Shown: positions 1 to 10,295, counted from the first letter of the stretch. The stretch: DNA of 64,000 nucleotides from a virus (IMGVR_UViG_3300014206_000007:96001-160000), one strand, 5' to 3'. Notes: generated from the letters alone by a model not told the origin. Translations and numbers: made by a program.

Positions 1-81
1 CTAACTTCCAATTCAATATATAAATGGTCACCCATATCAATGGGTTCTTTTTCTATTATATATTGAGTTTCCTGATTGTAA

Positions 82-1164
82 TTAGGCAATGGCCCATATT
101 TCTTCAATTTTTCCATATGATTTGGCATATTCACTTACCACCCTTCTCGCTTCTTTTATACTAACTTTAGATTTTATATTTTTATCATAAAAATTATAAC
201 TATCACTATGTTTTATCCATCCCCAATATGATATAATTGCACAGGCATCTTCATATGATAAGAATGTTTTTTTACTAATTTTACTCATTCTTCTTTTTAT
301 TCTTAAGGCCGTTTTCTTTCTTAATGTTGTCCTATCATAATAAAACTTGAAACCAAGGAAATCAATTGGTCTATCTTTTACTTTAAATAATTGCCAATTA
401 TTCTTTAATTTCAAATCTTTAGATATTAAATATTTTTCTATTAAGTCCTTTGCTTTATGTAATTTCTTTTTATTACTATCTAATAATACTATATCATCTA
501 TATATCTGATATAATATTTAATTTGTATTTCTTCTTTTATATAATGATCTAACTCCTCTAAGAAGAAATTTGCAAACCATTGACTGGTATAATTCCCGAT
601 AGGTAAGCCTGAATCACTACTATCGATAATTATATCAATCAACCATAAGCAATCATTATCTTTTATTTTATCACGAAACGAGCTTTTTAATAATTCCTTA
701 TTTATTGATGGAAAATACTTACGTATATCTAATTTTAGACAATATTTTGTTCCCTTATAATCATTATGTAACCATTTTTCAATACTTCTCTTTCCTAAAT
801 CAATACCTCTTTCTGGTATACTTCCACAGTTATATTCATACATCCCTCGCATCATGATTGGTTCAATTTGTAACATTAATGCCCAGTGCATAATTTGATC
901 TGGATAAAATTGTGGTTTATATATAGTTCTTTCTTTACCACTACTACCATCAAGTATTGTCTTGATTTTATATGGAGATGGAATGTATTCTTTATTTTTT
1001 AATAATGTTTGAATTTCTCTTGCATAATAATCAATATTATTTAAAATTTTCATTACATACTTTTTATGTCTCTTTCCTAAGGATGCTTTTAATATAGCAT
1101 TTTTAATATTGTCAATATCACAGATATTTTCATAAATATATCCTACCCGTTTCACATTCATCAT
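82..1164 (-). CDS. DGR reverse transcriptase
   Basis: 360 aa; LKLDIRKYFPSI, GLPIGNYTSQ (DGR-type GxxxSQ), YIRYIDD catalytic motif, IDFLGF; lies directly downstream of the TR. Confidence 0.95.
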   Translation of the reverse strand: MMNVKRVGYIYENICDIDNIKNAILKASLGKRHKKYVMKILNNIDYYAREIQTLLKNKEYIPSPYKIKTILDGSSGKERTIYKPQFYPDQIMHWALMLQIEPIMMRGMYEYNCGSIPERGIDLGKRSIEKWLHNDYKGTKYCLKLDIRKYFPSINKELLKSSFRDKIKDNDCLWLIDIIIDSSDSGLPIGNYTSQWFANFFLEELDHYIKEEIQIKYYIRYIDDIVLLDSNKKKLHKAKDLIEKYLISKDLKLKNNWQLFKVKDRPIDFLGFKFYYDRTTLRKKTALRIKRRMSKISKKTFLSYEDACAIISYWGWIKHSDSYNFYDKNIKSKVSIKEARRVVSEYAKSYGKIEEIWAIA

Positions 1165-1290
1165 TCTTTCTTATTGTTTTATTGCTAACCTCATAGTGTT
1201 TCGAAAATTAACCTACTAAACCATGCTCTTTTCGGTCTAATTTTTAGCTAGAGCTAAGGAAGATAAAGTACAACAAAATTTGCAATATAT

Positions 1291-1399
1291 AAGAAGACGG
1301 CCCCCGATATTCACATTCGTGTTCGAGGAAGAATTATTCAGATTCCAATAGAAAAGCCCCGCATTCGAGCCATTATTCCAATTCCCACCCACATGGGCA
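1291..1399 (-). repeat. DGR template repeat (TR)
   Basis: 109-bp near-copy of 1509-1617; all 10 mismatches are at T on the + strand (A on the coding strand); rich in AAT codons. Confidence 0.95.
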
Positions 1400-1426
1400 C
1401 CGCGTACCTTAAATCCCTATATTATT

Positions 1427-1439
1427 TATTAATTTTGTT
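1427..1439 (-). promoter_or_regulatory. Putative late-type promoter (AACA-N7-TA variant) for the TR-RT transcript
   Basis: One-base spacing variant of the AACA-N6-TA motif found upstream of many genes here. Confidence 0.4.
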
Positions 1440-1457
1440 TATATAAAAATAATAAAT

Positions 1458-1485
1458 TGTGGAAGGAGAGGTTTCTCCTTCCACA
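1458..1485 (-). other. DGR hairpin/cruciform downstream of VR
   Basis: TGTGGAAGGAGA-GGTT-TCTCCTTCCACA, perfect 12-bp stem with 4-nt loop, 8 bp past the target stop codon. Confidence 0.85.
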
Positions 1486-1493
1486 CCATCCTC

Positions 1494-3194
1494 TCAAAGA
1501 GCCTTTTTAAGAAGACGGCCCCCGACATACACATTCGTGTTCGAGGAAGAAATATTCAGATTCCAATAGAAAAGCCCCGCATCCGAGCCATCACACCAAG
1601 GCCCACCCACACGGGCAATTCTCTGACCAAGTGATTGATAGTAATTATCACTATAGTATGTACTAGCTGACCCTCCCACTTCTACTGGAAATTGAATATA
1701 GGGAATATTTGGATCAAATCCCAATTTCTTCACATATCCATCAATATTAGAATTCATATATCCAACCTGTTTGTATGGAGCAGTAAATATATTACTAGCA
1801 TAGTTTCTAGCATCTTCACAAACCCATGCCTGATTATCATTGATATTTACTCCATCTACAAATTGCCATATGTCTCCAAATAATGATTCAATTTCGTGCC
1901 AAACAAATGGATGTTTGCCACTAGTTTTCGAATTAATAGACCCTACAGAAGAAACTATATTATTAGAAAAACCATTCTTATATCCTGTATTATATAAAAT
2001 ATTCCCAGCTGTAATATTAACTACAGGACCATCGAATACAATTGCCTTATTTTCTACATCATATACTTGTATATCAGTAATATTTCTACCATAAAATATT
2101 TGATTTCCACCTAATGATGTACCAACTGAGATAGCTTGCCCTATTTCATAATTATTAGCAACTGAGTTAGATACAATAATTCTATTTGTATCAATTTCTG
2201 TAATAATTGCTATATGTGAGGCACTATATTGTCCGGATGTATAACCAGCAACTATACTTTGACTATGCAAGGTAGCTTGCTCAATAACAAATAATGTTTG
2301 TAATAAATCCCATGTATGAATATCTAACTGTTGATATTCATTTCCATTATTTTTTGCATAGGTTCTAAAATTTACTATAGTTTTATTAATTAATGGATAT
2401 TTACCGGGTTTACTTTCTAGTTTAGTGCCATCATCACTAAGAGATGCCTTATGTTTACCTACATCGATATAATCTAATTCCTTATTATTTACAAAATCCC
2501 AAAAACACCAAGGTAGATATGATCCATCAAATTTTTTTCTTGATATTTTTCTCGAAAATAATTCAGTTGTATCTGATTTTTTAATATACATTTTTGGAAT
2601 TCTAATAAATACATTACCATATTTATCAGTAACTTCTCTGAAATCTTTAAAGATGCCAGATATATCCATACTATTATCAACAATTTCACTATTAATACCA
2701 ACATTTACAATAGCCCCAATGGATCGATCAGTCCTAGTTAATACTGGATTAGATGTCTTATCCCACTGCACACCATATATATATGAATCAGTTAATGTTG
2801 CAGAATATAATGCGCTTACCTTATTTACTAAATCTTTGATTTTTTCATTTGTGGTATAAGTTGCCTCAGCAGTAAATTTATCAGATGATAATGCATTTGT
2901 AGACAATACAATTGCACCACCTCCATATTCAATAGTAAAACCAGTAGTAATTGCAATCCCATTTTTCTTTATAATTGGAGCGGGATTTTCTACCCAATTT
3001 CTTTTACCTAATGGCGCTTGGAATATTCTATATCTATTAGTAGGTGAGATATATACTTCAGATAATTGAATATTTGGATCTGTCATAGTTGTTAAATTAA
3101 ATCCATCCTCTATCTTTCCTAGAGATTCTTGCATCCCAGATATATGTGGTGAAATAACCTTAGATGTTTGTGGATCTTGCCAATTTGTTTTCAT
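1494..3194 (-). CDS. DGR target protein; probable tail fibre/receptor-binding protein with C-terminal CLec (FGE-like) fold
   Basis: VR at C-terminus; FGDIWQFVDG and RVGGxW...GGRL motifs; late promoter at 3245-3256. Confidence 0.85.
   Translation of the reverse strand: MKTNWQDPQTSKVISPHISGMQESLGKIEDGFNLTTMTDPNIQLSEVYISPTNRYRIFQAPLGKRNWVENPAPIIKKNGIAITTGFTIEYGGGAIVLSTNALSSDKFTAEATYTTNEKIKDLVNKVSALYSATLTDSYIYGVQWDKTSNPVLTRTDRSIGAIVNVGINSEIVDNSMDISGIFKDFREVTDKYGNVFIRIPKMYIKKSDTTELFSRKISRKKFDGSYLPWCFWDFVNNKELDYIDVGKHKASLSDDGTKLESKPGKYPLINKTIVNFRTYAKNNGNEYQQLDIHTWDLLQTLFVIEQATLHSQSIVAGYTSGQYSASHIAIITEIDTNRIIVSNSVANNYEIGQAISVGTSLGGNQIFYGRNITDIQVYDVENKAIVFDGPVVNITAGNILYNTGYKNGFSNNIVSSVGSINSKTSGKHPFVWHEIESLFGDIWQFVDGVNINDNQAWVCEDARNYASNIFTAPYKQVGYMNSNIDGYVKKLGFDPNIPYIQFPVEVGGSASTYYSDNYYQSLGQRIARVGGPWCDGSDAGLFYWNLNISSSNTNVYVGGRLLKKAL
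1509..1617 (-). repeat. DGR variable repeat (VR)
   Basis: Encodes the C-terminal RVGGPWCDGSDAGLFYWNLNISSSNTNVYVGGRL of the target; GC-rich stretch followed by divergence from TR (IMH vs IMH*). Confidence 0.95.
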
Positions 3195-3284
3195 ATTTAT
3201 CCCTTCTTTCTTATTATTGAATATATTATATGATATTTATAAATTATTTATTTGTTTTAATAGTATTTTTATGAAGGAAACTAT

Positions 3285-3482
3285 CTATTGAAAATATGGA
3301 GAATGACAACAACCTAGTCTATTATTATAATTTCGATAATAATCTACACTTTTAATTGTACAGGTATCATATAAATCTCCCATAGGAGATTCGACTCCAT
3401 AAAATTCTTTTATGTTTTTATTGTTATACTCTAATAATTTCATTCTATTAGTACTTAATAAGTCATTAATTAAATTATCCAT
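3285..3482 (-). CDS. Hypothetical protein
   Basis: 65-aa ORF with AAGGA RBS and late motif at 3516-3527. Confidence 0.5.
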   Translation of the reverse strand: MDNLINDLLSTNRMKLLEYNNKNIKEFYGVESPMGDLYDTCTIKSVDYYRNYNNRLGCCHSPYFQ

Positions 3483-3542
3483 AGTATTATTTTCCTTTCT
3501 TATTCTTTAATATATTAAAAAAGTGTTTTTAATATTATATCT

Positions 3543-3827
3543 TTATAATATATATAATAATAAAGCTAAATAATGAATAATTTGATCTTGCGTATAACTA
3601 ATTATTTTGTATCTTGATTTAAGTGAATCGATTACTATATGTATACAAAATATGTATAGTAGAATAGTATTTATTCCAAATAATATTGCAAAAGGAATAC
3701 AATATGTTACACAATGCACAAATAAATGATACCAATTCTCTCCTTTAGTAGTAGCAATAAATTCAGTTGAAAGAATATAATCGCCAATTATATGGCACAT
3801 AATTAATATTACTATTTTTTCTATCAT
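3543..3827 (-). CDS. DUF3307-like small membrane protein
   Basis: H-x-x-GDY, H, H-x-x-ID, DQ-x-x-H pattern; hydrophobic. Confidence 0.7.
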   Translation of the reverse strand: MIEKIVILIMCHIIGDYILSTEFIATTKGENWYHLFVHCVTYCIPFAILFGINTILLYIFCIHIVIDSLKSRYKIISYTQDQIIHYLALLLYIL

Positions 3828-3896
3828 TTATATTCATCTCCTTTATATATTTTAAAGTCATTATAGAATAAAATCTATAATGACTTTAATTTTTAT

Positions 3897-4820
3897 TTAT
3901 ACATATTTAATATAGTTAGATGATACATATGCTACGCCACTTCCATACACTATCTTAGCCCAACCATTAGATACCGAAATTACATATACTGTAGTATTCT
4001 TTGTAAATACACTTAAGGATTTATATCCTGCTCCAGGTCCACTTCTAACGTTTAATCCCCATGCAGTAACTATAGCTTTCCTCTGAGGAGTTTTATTTTC
4101 AGTAGTTAAATTCTTTTTAGTATAAACCATAAATGCTGTACCAATAGCTCTTTCTGAACCACCAGATGGTTTATTTACAATTGCATTATTAACTATCATT
4201 TCAGATGACCCACCACCATCTAAATTAGCAGCAGTAACACATCCTAAACTCTTCATTAATTCTGCAGATTGATATATAGTAATTCCAGCATTAGTTAAAC
4301 TTCTACCATCAGCTACTACCCATACAATAGTATCATCAGCTTTTTGTCCTATTAGGGTTCTTGGGTTTTTAGTTGTTGGATGACCAAATACTTTCTTTAA
4401 TGTTTCTATTGAGAAAGTATAGTTTATTTCACCATCAACTATTAATGTCCAAGGAATACCAATAGCAAAATTAGCATCAGTTTGATATTTAACGTGTCTT
4501 GATTGTGGAGCTTGGATTTCAAAACTCATTTTATTATTTTTCCAGAATATTAAAGTTGGATAATAATACATTGAGCTATTGTAATAAAGTCCTTCATCTA
4601 CATATGAGCCAATAAATTCAGATGAACCTCCCATATCAAAGAATCCACCATTTATTTTAGCTAATACATATTCATCATTTTTAGGTTCTCCATTAATCTT
4701 GGATAGTCGTTCCAATTTCTTATAAGCACCAACTGTTACATCTAGTCTAAATTCCTTAGGGTCAAACTCAAATACATGAATGTCAGAACTATATCTTCTT
4801 ATTTTCTTATAACTATACAT
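3897..4820 (-). CDS. Phosphodiester glycosidase (NAGPA-like) with C-terminal SH3b cell-wall-binding domain
   Basis: INGGFF, NPRTLIG, VADGR, NLDGGGSS; C-terminal LNVRSGPG...GWAKI...YVSS. Confidence 0.85.
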   Translation of the reverse strand: MYSYKKIRRYSSDIHVFEFDPKEFRLDVTVGAYKKLERLSKINGEPKNDEYVLAKINGGFFDMGGSSEFIGSYVDEGLYYNSSMYYYPTLIFWKNNKMSFEIQAPQSRHVKYQTDANFAIGIPWTLIVDGEINYTFSIETLKKVFGHPTTKNPRTLIGQKADDTIVWVVADGRSLTNAGITIYQSAELMKSLGCVTAANLDGGGSSEMIVNNAIVNKPSGGSERAIGTAFMVYTKKNLTTENKTPQRKAIVTAWGLNVRSGPGAGYKSLSVFTKNTTVYVISVSNGWAKIVYGSGVAYVSSNYIKYV

Positions 4821-4825
4821 ATTAT

Positions 4826-5140
4826 TTAGTCCCCTTTCTTATTATCAGGATTAAAATATCTAATAAATTTATTATTTTTTCCTACATTAACTTCATCTTC
4901 CATTTTAAGTTCATGTATTCTCTTTATGATATTTTCCGCAAGTTCTTTTTCATCTTCCTTTTTAACATAGTTAAAGAATTTAATTGCTTCTAGAACGTGT
5001 TCTTTATCATTTAATGGATATTTCCTTTGTGATGGTAAACCAAAGTCTTCATCTTTTAAAACATTTCTTTCGGCAGTGGTCATCTTTTCGGTTACTATCA
5101 TTAGACTTTCGCAAGTAGTTATTAGTTTATCTAGTTCCAT
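4826..5140 (-). CDS. Small virion-associated protein (DUF6582-like)
   Basis: ERNxLKDEDFGLPxxRKYPLxDxxHV motif; N-terminal TCES; overlaps the stop of the upstream gene. Confidence 0.6.
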   Translation of the reverse strand: MELDKLITTCESLMIVTEKMTTAERNVLKDEDFGLPSQRKYPLNDKEHVLEAIKFFNYVKKEDEKELAENIIKRIHELKMEDEVNVGKNNKFIRYFNPDNKKGD

Positions 5141-8100
5141 TTACTTCATCTCCTTTATTAATTTTATTTAGATTACTAAATGCAACTTTCCAATCATATT
5201 TATAGAAATCATCGCCTTCATCTATTTTAATAACATCCTTCAAATATACAAAGTCATTGGGTCTATATAAACTTGGTGATTTATCTATAATTTTTCCAGA
5301 TGATAAAATATCAGCTACAAATCGACTACAGAAATATTTCTTCCGATTTTCATTTGGAAGTTGTACATAATTTAATAGTAATCCTTTTACATCATATCTT
5401 AATTTATTTTCATTCTTAATGAAGAAGTCTAATCTAGATTTCATATTATCTAAGTCTTGTTTAGTCACATAGATTACATATACTGAATAATATGCCTTAA
5501 ATTTAGTAAAGAATCTATCTTTAGGACTATTCGTTACAAAACCAGTTTTTGTCATATCTAAATCTTTTCTTCCAAATGAATATAATGGATTCAATTTAAC
5601 AGAAAATGATATACATGCATGTGAAAACTTATCCTTAGTAACTGCTTTAATTGCATTTGCTAATGCTGTACCACTATGCATTAATACAATAAATATTGGA
5701 AACTTTTTATCATCATCAATTGAAGATTCTAATACAATATCATTAGATTTATCATAATACTCATTTAAAAATTCTACTATGTTTGAATAGAAAGGTAATT
5801 CCTTTGATTCTGAATTAATAGTATATATTTCATCCGATTCGATAGGTAATATACTTTCTAAAGTATTAAAAATACCATCTACTGATTTTTTTATAATATT
5901 CTCATGTAATCTTTTTTTAGAATCTTCTATCATTTCATTATTAATTTTTATACAATCAATTTGCTTAACATTTTTATTTCTTTCAAAAATAATTATTGGT
6001 CTATATGTCCATTCTGCAGCATCGTTATCATCTATTGTAGCATTATATCCATATTCTTTAAGCTCTTTAAAAAATATTTCTCTGTTATATTCAGAATTTA
6101 TTAAAGATGATATAAAAGATATATAACTTTCGTTGCTCATTTTTGTTATGTGTCTATTTTTCCACTCATTCATAAATTTTTCACTATTATTTCTATATTT
6201 TAATGCGGAAATATCTTTCACGACCTTATTAATATCTACTTTTTCCATAACTTTTAGGAAAATATCAAATCGTTCTTTATATGACGGAATTATAATGTCG
6301 TTTGTAACTTCTAAAATTACTTTATATCCTCTATTTCCCCATTCAATTAAATATTTATCATTATCCTCTTTTGTTTTAGATACATAGATATGGCGATTAT
6401 TATTATTTTCATTTCGAGTTAAAGTAAGCCTTTGCAAATGTGCCCCTTTTTGTATTTTAATTTTATCTAATGAATTTTTATTCATTATAAATTCTTCTTG
6501 CGCTATAGATAGCATTTTATTAGTTACTATATCATTCGATTCGATAAATATTGCACTTTCCATTGCCTCAGCAATTCCATCTATTAAATTTTCTTCTTTG
6601 ATTGCACTATCAAACATATCTTGTGACCAGTTTAATATATCAACCATTCTGGTTGCTAAGTTTTTCTTTTCTCCAGTATCAAGAGTTACTAGATATATAT
6701 CCACTTTTGATGATTGACCAATTCTATGAATTCTATCACATGCTTGATCAAAGTCTGTAGATCTCCATGGTGGACCAAAGAAAAACATTTTATTTGCATC
6801 TACTAATGTTACACCAGTACTCATAGTTTGAGAAGTTGCAACTAATACTTGAACCTCATCATCTTCTTTAAATTGAGTAAGGGTATCTGTACGATTAGTT
6901 TTCACATTACCGGTAATTAATAAAGTTTTAATTCCCTGCTCATTTAAATCTTTAGCAATAAATTCTACAACCTTTTCAAATTGAGAAAAGATTATAACTT
7001 TCTTATTATTATTCTCTATCATATCTATTATTTCGTCTTTATTTTCATTATATAATCGAATGAACATTTCTGAACGTCTAGGATGAATTACTTTTCCTAT
7101 AGCTAAGCCCATTGCAGACCTATCCATATGAATAAATTCTTTCTCTAATCTATCCACTCGTTTAAAATCATTAGCATTATTTATATTAGGTTTTACATAA
7201 GTTGGCACAAAGGATTTCATAAATGCCATATCTAATTCATGTAGATATGTTTGAGCATCAGTATTTATATTCTTTTTAACCCACTTAATATATTTTGCAG
7301 TATCAGATTCACTTGCTCTGGAATATTTGTTAATAAAATTAATATATTCCTGTTGTAAATCCATATTACTCTTCATTTTTTCCTCATATATTCCATAGAA
7401 GAGTGTTATTATTTCTTCTTTACAGTTTGATACTGTATACTTTTCTGAATCAGATAATTTAAAACTTAGCTGATGAATTTCTTTATCTGGTAATGATAGT
7501 TCACTCTTCGTTTTTCTATACATAACCATACCAAATCTCTTCTGTACAATTTCCATTGCTGCAGTGCTACTAATATTAAAGCATTTAGTATAGATTTCGG
7601 CAGCTTCTATTGTAAATAATGGGTCAATCATTAATAATGCTGGTACAATTTCATTTGGAATTGCCTTAATAGGAGTACCTGACATAATTAAATTATCATC
7701 ACTATTTATTTTCCTAACAAGGTCAAGCAATTCTCCAACACGTTGACCATTGATATTTCTAAAATTATGAGATTCGTCTAATATAAACATTGATTTCTTC
7801 TCATCTGTAATATATGGATACATCTTGGATATTGATTCGTTGTTAGTAATAATAAATCTTGCTTTTGATATTTCTCTTGGATTATTATCACAAATTACAA
7901 CTTCTTGTCTCCATAATTCATCATTATTCATATATTTATTATAGTATTCTTTAATTTCTAAAGCCCAGTTATCTTTTAGTGTATTAGGGCATACAATATA
8001 TATTCTTTTAGCATCTAAGCATTCAGCTAACCCAATAGCAGTTAAGGTCTTTCCTAATCCCTGCTCAAATGCATTTATATATCCTCTTAGATTTAATTTA

Positions 8101-10172
8101 GATTTTAATGCTGGATATATTTCAATAAATTCTTTCTGATATGGCAATAATTCTTTTCTATCAATTCTTTTTAAATTCTTTAAACTCAATGCACTTATAT
8201 CTGAAGTATCAGATTTTGATATCCATGTTAAATTATAAATTTTTTGAGCAATCGTTTTATATGCATAGATATTATAATCTTCATACAAAGAATCAAATAG
8301 TATAATTGCCTCTAGAGCAAAGAATATTGGGATAGTCAAGCTTTCTATTCTCATTCTTCCACGAGGAATTTGTTTTTTCTTAAACTTTTTATAATCATAT
8401 GAATTATAATTAAGAATAAAGAGTTTAGTTAAAGCAACTTCTCCATATTTCTCATTAATCATATTGATTAAACGCCTAATGTTAATATGCTGAATTTGAA
8501 TATATTGCTTATTTTTAATTAATGAAACAGTATCAATTTTACTTGAAATTGCACTTCCTAATGCATTTTTAGAAACAAATAATCTGCTCTTCCATGAACT
8601 TATTAATGATTCTTTTGAAGTATTGATACTATTAAATATATCAAATATTGATTCTTGTACTATAGTATCAGTATATGATGTTAAATTACAATTATTTATA
8701 AAAGATTCAACTACATAACTAGATTCCGATTCAGTTGCAATTGACTTTTTAAAATCATTATATTTTTTCTCATTGTCTATATACCAAGCAATTAATTGAG
8801 GAAATTCATTTTTCAATTCAGATTTCCAATCAATTTTTCCGTTAGGAGTGTCTCTTTTAAACCTTTGAAGAACCGATGTTTTTACAGAAGTCCCCATTAA
8901 TATTATAGGCATTTCTTTAATTTTGCTTAGTTCAACCAGTGAAAATATTTGTACTCCCTCTATAATAAACTTTTTATTTTTATGAGAATTACAATATTCA
9001 AGAACGAAATCGAAAAATTTAGTAAATTCAGAATAAAATTCTTCTCTAGAAAATTCCTTTACCGTTTTATCTCGTAAATCTTTTCTTTTTTCTAATAGAT
9101 ATATTTTAAATACTTCTCCTGCTTTAGCAAGTGATTTATCTAGATAAGCATTACTATGCTCAAATATATCCAACTCTATTACTTCTGCTTTATACTCTGA
9201 TGCTAATGATTTGGAAATTGTCGATTTACCAGAACCAGATAGCCCCGTAATAAATAATATGTTAGACTCACCAGATGTAAATTTATCAAAATTTATATAT
9301 AAATTTTTATTGTTAAAGAGATAGCTCTCTTCTACTATTTCATCATCCAATTCCTCTATCTCAACTAATGACTCTAATGCGGCATTATTGGCATCGTTTT
9401 TATTACTATCATTTGTGGCAAACTGCTCTTTTAATTCAAGAAGTTTTTCAAAGAAAGCGGAATAATCTTTATCTACTACCTTTACATAATTAATAGTAGG
9501 TATTTTTTCCATTACTTTATCTTTATCTTCTTCTTTCACTCTATCAATTGCTTGAATTTTATAGTGCTGATTTGTATGACTTTTCACTTCAATTTCTAAA
9601 TTCAATGATGGAATATAAAAATCTGGAATATAGAATCTTTCTCCTTCATTTTCTTTATCATTAGGATTCACGTAGTCATAGTAGTAAGTATGAGGTGATG
9701 GAGCCATTATATCTCCACTATTAAACTGTAGCATTGTATCTAACATCATTAAAAATTCTTTTTCATAACTTCCTACATAGCTAACCATTCCATCATCTTT
9801 AAATTTATATTGCCCAGATATTTTTCTAGAGCTAACCATTTTTCTCTGCATATCTGGATTATCCAATAAATGGACTTTTCCATATTTATTTATCATACGA
9901 TTTTTAAATACTTCTCTATATTTTTCTTTACACTTAGGGTTATCACAAAACCTTTCGTATTTCTGAGTAGCTTCATTCCATTTTGTAGCTCTACCGTCTA
10001 CAATACATTTTCCTTCAGTTTTCTTAGTTTGTAAAAAATAAAAATATCTAGAATGTGTATATCCCTCTGGCATTTCATTCGGATGAAATTTATCCATATG
10101 GGATGACCATCCACTAAATGTTGATAGATTCTTTTTACATATTGGACATTTATATGATTTAACTTTTTGCAT
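5127..10172 (-). CDS. Polyvalent protein: C2H2 finger + PD-(D/E)XK nuclease, P-loop kinase, SNF2 helicase, ART-like domain, permuted papain-like (YiiX/YebB) peptidase
   Basis: CPIC...H...H; PDFY...EVK; GLSGSGKST; EQGLGKT, DESH, SGTP, QACDRIHRIGQ; LQR...YVS...GYNATIDD; FSHACIS...YFCSRFVA. Confidence 0.8.
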   Translation of the reverse strand: MQKVKSYKCPICKKNLSTFSGWSSHMDKFHPNEMPEGYTHSRYFYFLQTKKTEGKCIVDGRATKWNEATQKYERFCDNPKCKEKYREVFKNRMINKYGKVHLLDNPDMQRKMVSSRKISGQYKFKDDGMVSYVGSYEKEFLMMLDTMLQFNSGDIMAPSPHTYYYDYVNPNDKENEGERFYIPDFYIPSLNLEIEVKSHTNQHYKIQAIDRVKEEDKDKVMEKIPTINYVKVVDKDYSAFFEKLLELKEQFATNDSNKNDANNAALESLVEIEELDDEIVEESYLFNNKNLYINFDKFTSGESNILFITGLSGSGKSTISKSLASEYKAEVIELDIFEHSNAYLDKSLAKAGEVFKIYLLEKRKDLRDKTVKEFSREEFYSEFTKFFDFVLEYCNSHKNKKFIIEGVQIFSLVELSKIKEMPIILMGTSVKTSVLQRFKRDTPNGKIDWKSELKNEFPQLIAWYIDNEKKYNDFKKSIATESESSYVVESFINNCNLTSYTDTIVQESIFDIFNSINTSKESLISSWKSRLFVSKNALGSAISSKIDTVSLIKNKQYIQIQHINIRRLINMINEKYGEVALTKLFILNYNSYDYKKFKKKQIPRGRMRIESLTIPIFFALEAIILFDSLYEDYNIYAYKTIAQKIYNLTWISKSDTSDISALSLKNLKRIDRKELLPYQKEFIEIYPALKSKLNLRGYINAFEQGLGKTLTAIGLAECLDAKRIYIVCPNTLKDNWALEIKEYYNKYMNNDELWRQEVVICDNNPREISKARFIITNNESISKMYPYITDEKKSMFILDESHNFRNINGQRVGELLDLVRKINSDDNLIMSGTPIKAIPNEIVPALLMIDPLFTIEAAEIYTKCFNISSTAAMEIVQKRFGMVMYRKTKSELSLPDKEIHQLSFKLSDSEKYTVSNCKEEIITLFYGIYEEKMKSNMDLQQEYINFINKYSRASESDTAKYIKWVKKNINTDAQTYLHELDMAFMKSFVPTYVKPNINNANDFKRVDRLEKEFIHMDRSAMGLAIGKVIHPRRSEMFIRLYNENKDEIIDMIENNNKKVIIFSQFEKVVEFIAKDLNEQGIKTLLITGNVKTNRTDTLTQFKEDDEVQVLVATSQTMSTGVTLVDANKMFFFGPPWRSTDFDQACDRIHRIGQSSKVDIYLVTLDTGEKKNLATRMVDILNWSQDMFDSAIKEENLIDGIAEAMESAIFIESNDIVTNKMLSIAQEEFIMNKNSLDKIKIQKGAHLQRLTLTRNENNNNRHIYVSKTKEDNDKYLIEWGNRGYKVILEVTNDIIIPSYKERFDIFLKVMEKVDINKVVKDISALKYRNNSEKFMNEWKNRHITKMSNESYISFISSLINSEYNREIFFKELKEYGYNATIDDNDAAEWTYRPIIIFERNKNVKQIDCIKINNEMIEDSKKRLHENIIKKSVDGIFNTLESILPIESDEIYTINSESKELPFYSNIVEFLNEYYDKSNDIVLESSIDDDKKFPIFIVLMHSGTALANAIKAVTKDKFSHACISFSVKLNPLYSFGRKDLDMTKTGFVTNSPKDRFFTKFKAYYSVYVIYVTKQDLDNMKSRLDFFIKNENKLRYDVKGLLLNYVQLPNENRKKYFCSRFVADILSSGKIIDKSPSLYRPNDFVYLKDVIKIDEGDDFYKYDWKVAFSNLNKINKGDEVNGTR

Positions 10173-10202
10173 AATAAATAGTCACCAACTTTCTTGTTAA
10201 TT

Positions 10203-10270
10203 TATATGAATGTTTTTGCGCACTTTTTTGTTTACGAATATAAGATAATAACATTATCAACACAAATTTA
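10203..10270. promoter_or_regulatory. Divergent pair of late promoters (AACA-N6-TA): 10203-10214 (-) and 10259-10270 (+)
   Basis: Exact motif on each strand upstream of the two divergent genes. Confidence 0.65.
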
Positions 10271-10295
10271 ATATAATAAATAATATTTAGAAAGG

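Larger units (their letters stand above)
82..3194 (-). mobile_element. Diversity-generating retroelement cassette (target/VR - hairpin - TR - RT)
   Basis: TR/VR pair with adenine-only mismatches, DGR-type RT, CLec-like target C-terminus. Confidence 0.95.

Noticed and set aside
82-1164. RT as group II intron, retron or Abi RT
   Set aside because: The GxxxSQ motif and the adjacent TR/VR pair identify it as DGR; no intron domains or VTG retron motif were seen.
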